Shown here: in pieces, positions 56,901 to 64,000 of the stretch
How positions within the stretch are numbered: the first letter of the stretch is position 1
How the letters are laid out: the number at the start of each line of letters is the position of its first letter
From: Intoshia linei
Lineage: Eukaryota; Animalia; Orthonectida
Reading direction: 5' to 3'
Assembly: GCA_001642005.1 (NCBI GenBank)
Contig: LWCA01000056.1
Location: 1 to 64,000 of the forward strand
DNA: 64,000 nucleotides
The notes under the pieces: model-generated
What the model saw: only the letters and a program-made list of their open reading frames with translations
Databases searched by the model: none
What the model was told of the DNA's origin: nothing
Translations under genes and position numbers: made by a program

Positions 56901-58415
56901 CAGCAGTATTAGTGATACTGGATCCAATTGCGACATAAAACAAACGTTTGAATTTTGTCACAATCTAGTAAAACAGCAAGGTTGTGTATTAGATTTAAAT
57001 AGTTTTGACAAATTTAATAATATAAATAAACATGCATACCTTTTATTATCTGTATCGGTATCATGGCCAATTAATCATCAGTTGATGAAATCAAAGTTAT
57101 ATACTTCTATAAAATCAATAATTAATTCACCTCAACAGTTTCACACATTTATTTATCGGCCCAAAAATTACCAAAAAACTTGTAACTTTGAATTTGATTT
57201 GATAATAGATCATCAACTTAAAAAACAGTAATTACATCATTATCACATCTTGGTAATTTATTATATTTTTAGTGGTAATGAAATTTAATAATTTAAATTT
57301 AATGTATGTTATTTTGTTATGATTTAGGTAATAGTATATTCATAAAGCAGAAAGTTATATTTTTAGGTATAAATTGTAAAATTGGAAATATTTTTTTCAT
57401 TGTAAAGTTGAATTGGTTTGATAAATTATTTTTTCGTAGATATATACTATACCAAGTCATTCATGGTTCCAGTCCCATATTAACAAAACTAATTACAGAA
57501 GCTAACCAAAGTGGAATGTTTAAAATATTGACTAATATTGTACAATGGGATAGTCATTTAATATCGTGTGAAGTAACCCAAATTATTAACGGAATAGAAA
57601 TATTATATGATTGTAATATATGAATAAATTTAGATAATTTAAAAAATTTTTTTAATAGATGGCAGACAGGTGCAATATATATTTAACAATTTGTTGAAAA
57701 AAGATTATCCCATAGTAAAAAATTGTATTATTAAATACTACAATACCAGCATTTCTTTTAGTCAAATTTATTTTTATTGCGATGCAATAATTGCTGACTA
57801 TACTCAAGTCAACTACAAATTAAATAATATCGATTTGAATATTCCATATGAGGGTAAAATTTTATAATAAACTGATGCAGTACATACAGTTTATTAATTC
57901 ATTAATATTATAAAACATTAGATACATTGCCAATCATTATACCAATAATAAACTTTGAAAATGAAAAATACATTTATATTGAAGTAAATTTATGTCATAC
58001 GTTTAAACTAATTTGCAGTTTAACGAAACAAAAGGTACAATCGATAATTGTATTTATTTATTTTTATATAAAAAATTTATAACTTTTTGTAGATATGGGC
58101 TAAAAAAACTGATGAAACATTTATTTGGAATACTATATCACAATGTTCAAAATCCATATTTGATTCCAATTTACCACAGGAAATTATATATGCAATTCTA
58201 TCCACTTATTTAGGTATTTTAAATTGTTTGATATATTTCAGTAAACCATAGATTTCGAAAAAATATAAAAAAAGAAGAGGTGAAATATTAAATAAATTAT
58301 ATTTAATATCATTTATAGATCGAGATAATAAAAAGTTGTCTCAGGGTTGCATTAAGTATATTTAGATTTGAAATAGCGGAAAAGATGAATATAATGATTT
58401 TGCATAGAAAAATAG
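53920..58415 (+). pseudogene. Multi-exon EGF-repeat extracellular protein gene, apparently disrupted (ends uncertain)
   Basis: Phase-1 EGF exons 53920-54048 (CSQNPCTGKAKC..CVC..C), 55102-55217 (CNRHKCENENC..YTCKCHDGFFGTLC) and 56185-56307 (in-frame TAA 56274-76). Frameshift in the T-run at ~56752-59; further TAA at 57229-31. Confidence 0.55.
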
Positions 58416-58804
58416 TATTTTAATTTAAAAAAAATATATATATTTAATATTTAGATATTATATTTTTGTCGGAAAAATGTAACTGAAACTCCAATAATGA
58501 TAGGTTTAACATGAAAGATTACTTTCAGAATTTTTACTTGACAATAAAATAAACAAACGGAAGTTAAAATACAAACTAAGACTTGATCTCAGTAAATTAA
58601 TATGGTAGCATATAAATTTAGAGTAGTCAATTTAATATTCATGAGATAATATTTTTTAATACCAATTAATATGAATATAATAAGTTTAATTATATTGATT
58701 GATCCCTCATCAGAACTAGTTTTTTCTGTTGAATCCCATATATTGTAAAAAAATGTATAAAAATATTTTATTAATCGTTAAAAATTGACAAGATGTGTAA
58801 TTTA

Positions 58805-60492
58805 CTATATATTTAAAAGTTTTCTAGTACTTTCAGGTGTTTTTTTGGAATTGAGTGACCGAGTGAAATACCTAAAAGATTATAATAAGTTAAATAAAAA
58901 ATGGAATTTTAATATTACTTCAGACTACTTAGCATGACAATTTTATCTTTAGTGTAGTTTTGTTTGATTAACTTTATAGTTATTGTAGTCTATACTTCAA
59001 GTTAAAGTGTTTAAATTTTTATTTAATATTCTAAATAACCTTAAAATTGTTGTTTGGTGAAAATACTCCTGTAGTACAAATATTATCAACGAGAATTATA
59101 AGAATAACTTGGCAAGATATGACGTAATTTATTGTGTCTTCAGGTGATTTCATGTTACGTTTAAAGTTTCTATTTTGAAATAAATAACTTTAAACATAAA
59201 TGATGTATTATTATTTATACATAAAGAATTAATATTGAATTATCATATTATAATATAAAAAATATATTACATGACACTGGCTTGTAAAAGGTTTATAATA
59301 TTTCCAATATTATGAGATAGAGTTCCATTTTTTTTTTCAATCTAATTTTATTTTAAATTAAATTTCAACAATTTGATATTTTGAAATCAAGTTTACTGTT
59401 TCACAGGATTGCTTTACTTCTAAATTATTAACCATTAAAAAATAATTTTTAATAAAATTATCATATTATATTATTTTTCATATAGCAAATAAACCTTTAA
59501 ACATTGGATTTACTGAAGATATTAGTGTTCGGACCATTAACAAATCATCATCCGATAAATTAATTTCTGGCTAAGAATGGATAAATTTTTAATTGCAATT
59601 TACTATAATTATAATCTTACTATCCTTAGTAATATCAAATTGCATATCTATAAAAATTACATTTTTAGCTGAAATATTGCCAATATTTTTATATCTAGAA
59701 TAAAAACTCAATTCATTGGTAAGTCTTGTTTCGTAGGTCTGAAAATTAAATTTTTTTCAATTAAAAATTTGAAATTACTTGTAATATGTCATACTCAAAT
59801 GCCAAATACAAAATTCCAACAAATAGTCTAACCTTGTTGGACATGTCATCAACTAAACTATGCACATAAAATATTTTAAATTAATATTAAAATTACTTGT
59901 CTATATTAATGGTTTCATCAAATTTTTCTAGAGTTGTTGATATGTAGTCTTCTAAATTACATTATTATGTAATATACAATTATGATTATATAATTATAAA
60001 ATTTATATCGAATACTTATTAATTAATTGTAACAATGAAAATAATTAAAGGACATGAAATAATTTTAGAAATGCCATACTTAATCTTTTCTGAATAAAAT
60101 ACATTTTCTTTAATATGTTTAAACAATATTGAATTTTAAGCATGTTTTTCTTTAGTTCAACTTCTTCGGATGCAACAGAATAAGCCTACTCATTATATAT
60201 AAGAATAATCTAAAATTCAAAAAAAATGATACCTTTTTAAGTATATCTTCTCCAGAAACGTAATCTTTCAGTTTACCGATATGATCATAAAATTCATTAT
60301 ACAAATTTAATTCTTGAGGGTCTAAACTAGAATACTCCTTGTCTAAATTTAATGATATAATTGTTGAAAAATAAACAAATTTTGACTTTGAAATTTGAAA
60401 CACTAACCCTCAAAGTTGATGAACCATTTCCAATCTTCAAATAAGTCCATATCATTAGATTTAACTTTGAAACAGCTGCTAAGTAGACCCAT
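58805..60492 (-). CDS. CYRI: CYRI/FAM49-family protein (CYFIP-related Rac1 interactor), divergent
   Basis: MGLLSSCFK...WFINFE...LKDYVSGEDILKKA...LKKMYFIQKRL...FVGILYLAFEYDILQTYETRLTNELSFYSR...ILVDNICTTGVF...MLSSLKYFTRSLNSKKTPESTRKLLNI*; colinear with recalled FAM49 motifs (FFLDFE, QNDFSYYRR, LNALRYTTKHLN). Confidence 0.75.
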
Positions 60493-61796
60493 CACTATTT
60501 ATTTTAATTGATGAATATAAATTTAAAATGTATTTTAAAATGTTTTGATATATTCAAATCTTCAGTCTTGTAATTTAATCAAAATATATATTTAGTATTC
60601 CCACATTTATCATTTACTTGCCATTCTAATATTTATTTAATTTTATCAAATAAATATCCAATTAATGTTTACTTTTATCATCTTAAATAAAGTTTTTACC
60701 ATATCCTTACTAATATAATGTAAACTATAATATGTATATTTTAAATTCTAGATTCTAGAATACAGAGATCATTAATTTTGATAAATTTATTCAATTTTTT
60801 TTAACATTGTTTAATTACGTTGGGTCAATGTTTTTAATACAATTATTCGATTTATTCCAAATTTGGAATAAGTGTGTAATAATATTTGTATTATATTAAT
60901 ACAGTATAACCTCCACTATTCACCCAAAATAGAGAGTTGATACAATCCTAAAAATTGTCATAAATAGCAAAATTCCAGAAAAAATAAAATTATAAAAACA
61001 AATTTTGTTATTTTTAATGTGATAATATATATTCTGTACCAATTGAATAAATAATTAAAAATACCAATTATGTATCAATAATTAACGCAATCTGCACTTT
61101 AGAAACATATTTTAGATGAATTTTACCAATATTGCAAAGCATTGTAATAAATATAAAAATGATAATAAAAAAGTTGTATTACTTTTAGTAATTCGTTGTT
61201 GTAGTTTTAATTTAAATTTTAAATAAAATGTTTTGAAAATGAGAATTTGAGAATCAAAAATTGCTTAGCAATGAAAAAAATTCCTAAGAAATGAATTATA
61301 TAGATTATTAAATTTATCCTCAAAAATTATACTATAGTCTCATAATACAACACAGAGTTCCCCCAATAACGGTACTCCAAAAATTTTGACAAATTCCAAG
61401 TCAATTTATTACGTTTTTTATCAATTTTTTTAGGGTTGACTAGTTATTTCGGTTTAATGGTCCGCAATAAATTTTATGATTTATTATCTGTCCGCCGTGA
61501 AAAAAGTGTGGGAACCCCTCATATAACAGTTTACATGTAACAGTTAATAGCAATAATACAATTTTTAATCAATATTTTGAAGCTCTATGAGAACAACGAA
61601 AATTTTACTGTGACCATGTTGAGAATCACTGTTCTACACATTTTTTAATGATTAAACAATTAAACTTTAATCGATCGTTTATTATGTAAAAATGAAAAAT
61701 ATCAATTAAAAATTGCATTGGTCATCATAATAAAAAATTTTCAAACATTACCTATTAATAATGACTCACTCACTCCACTGTCCTGTATACATAAAG

Positions 61797-62077
61797 CAGC
61801 GATTCTCAACATACTTCACAGTTGGTACCCCTAAACTAAAAAAAATATAATTTGGTACCCCATAATAATTTCTATTTATTGTAACTATAATACCATGTGA
61901 ATTAAAAAAATCAAATAAAATAAATAGTTAGTTAAACTCTACTTCATCAAAAATAGATACATAAATGTATTATGAAATTTTAAAAATATTTATAATTTAT
62001 GAATCATAAAGTGAGTCATAGGATAAGACGAATTGGTACCCCTAGGGGTACCAGTACCTCCCATTTGAGAACCGCTA
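61797..62077. mobile_element. hAT MITE
   Basis: CAGCGATTCTCAA / TTGAGAACCGCTA; TSD ACATAAAG. Confidence 0.85.
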
Positions 62078-62836
62078 ACATAAAGTGTAGTACGTTGTAT
62101 ATTACATTTTTCAACAACTTTAATTTATTATTATAATAAAAACAAAAAAAATTAATTGCCATATTATAATAAGGTAGTTATCAAAAGGTGAGTTCACCTA
62201 AGGGTGAATTTTACTATTTGATTTTATATGCAAACAATCAGTTTATAACTTTGTACGAATTTTACGTGAATGTTTAAATACATTTATATAGCTCCAAGAT
62301 TTGAATACTTTCAGATAATTTAAATTTTAATGATTGTATTTATAAATGTATTTGGATAAATAAAATTTTAAGTCAAGTTTGCAAACAACGCCAAAGGGTT
62401 AAGTAAAATGAATTGTTTACAATTTCTACTATTTATGACTTATTTTTAATCAATAAGTAAACAAATTAATTTGATTTAATTGTAAATGTCACATACAGTA
62501 AATTTACAAAAAAAAACTATGCAAATATACTATGCTATATACATCTTGATAATAGGTATTATAGATAAATAATCAAGTGAATCTTTTTAGTTTTCTTTAT
62601 CGTTAGAAAAATTAGATTATATGGTATGAAAAAATAAATAATATTTCATTCATTTCATAGAATTTTGTGGCAATTATTGGTGTAAAACGTATGGAGATTG
62701 CGGTATAACTGCTTGTGTTTGTTCAATGATGTATATGCATAAAGGTTTATTAACCGATAAATGCATAATGAAGGGTATTACTTTTTATATATGAAATTAA
62801 TTATTATGAGTGAAATAACATCATGAGCGTATACAT

Positions 62837-63071
62837 CAGGGGTCGGCAACGTTTTGCATCTCGTGAGCCACTTTGTTATGTCAAAAAAATAATACGGGCC
62901 TCATTTATGAAAATTTACACATGATATATTTCAACTTTAATTAAAAGCAACGATTTTAGTATATTCAACAAAATAAAATAAATAAGTTGAAAAATATAAA
63001 ACTAAATAATTTACATATTTAATCACAGTGTCACCAAAATTATTCTGTGAGCCACTGGTTACCGACCCCTG
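62837..63071. mobile_element. hAT MITE
   Basis: CAGGGGTCGGCAAC / GTTACCGACCCCTG; TSD GTATACAT / ATATACAT. Confidence 0.85.
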
Positions 63072-63299
63072 ATATACATTGTATACAGTCAATTTCCAAT
63101 TTTTTGGAATTTTTAGATGAATATTTAAATTTTCATTTTTAATTAAAAATTTGTTGATAAATTATGAGTTTAATGAAATTGTTTATACATATTGTGTATC
63201 AAATTAACCATCATAAAACCAAGAATTGGCACTTAATCACCAAGGATCACATGGAAATAAATGAATAAACAAATGAAACGTTTCACTATTATACATGTT

Positions 63300-63790
63300 A
63301 TTAGGTTGACTGATATGTTTGATATTAGGTTGTACTGATATGTATACTAGATATACTATGTACTACGTACAACCAGCATCTAGGTCAGCCGAGGCCACAT
63401 TTTTATTCTATAAAAAAAATAAATTCACGTTGAAAATCTAACTTAAAAATCCTACTATTTACTATTATCGATCCTTTAAAAGGAGTTGTTCCCAAACTTG
63501 TTTCAAGTGGAACCGTTATATCACATTACTTTTAACTTTAAAGTGAATTATTCTATCTTAATTTTTTGTTTGTTAACATTTGCGTACAAAATTTTTAAAA
63601 CAATTGTCATCATATTTTTTTAATTTATTAGACAGAATGTGTATAATATTAAAAATAAAGTAAAAACAGTCCAATCCTAAAAATTGTCATAAATAGCATA
63701 AATTCGGAAAAAATATAATTATAAAAACCTATTTTGACATTTTCAATGTGATAATATATATTCAATATCAATTTAATAAATACTTAAAAT
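63300..63790 (-). mobile_element. Helitron 3' portion
   Basis: Homologous to 50889-51300, ~54330-54900 and ~60950-61170; carries the reverse complement of the double-hairpin 3' end. Confidence 0.65.
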
Positions 63791-64000
63791 GCCAATTATA
63801 TATCAATAACACAGTACAACACTAAAAAAAGAGATTAATCAAATCTATATAATTATGATCTCATAATCATAATATAATGATTGATAAAATATTAATAGAT
63901 AATTAAATCTAGTTTCCGAGATATAGGCCAAATAAAATTAACTAATCAAAATTGAGTTGCTATTTAGATATGAGATAAAATAAATTTTGTTTACTTTGCG

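Noticed and set aside
56274-57231. Possible TAA reassignment or alternative genetic code
   Set aside because: TAA is the normal terminator of MCM10, RNASEH1, RNASEH2A, YPEL, PDE4, PP1 and MRPL4 here, and the same gene also has a frameshift

Overview
Very AT-rich, intron-containing eukaryotic (animal-like) genomic DNA. Many introns are tiny (about 33-60 nt, GT-AG); others are inflated to kilobases by DNA transposons. This pattern suggests a compacted invertebrate genome such as an orthonectid (Intoshia-like), which is inference only. Manual splicing gives, in order: MCM10 (+), RNase H1 (-), RNase H2 subunit A (+, with an SRP/7SL RNA gene in intron 3), Yippee-like (-), katanin p60 (+), PDE4 (+), a divergent PP1 catalytic subunit (-), MRPL4 (+), a degenerate EGF-repeat gene (+) and a divergent CYRI/FAM49 (-). 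Introns carry Tc1, Chapaev-3-like, hAT, MULE, pogo-like and Helitron elements, often nested. The main points of interest are four. (1) RNase H1 and RNase H2A sit head-to-head next to MCM10. (2) Three convergent gene pairs have stop codons only 47, 31 and 22 bp apart. (3) RNase H1 has Asp->His at its fourth catalytic position and a possible alternative 3' end. (4) The intronic SRP RNA has a minimal Alu domain. Most ORFs in the supplied track are exon fragments or spurious. Exon boundaries were read by eye.
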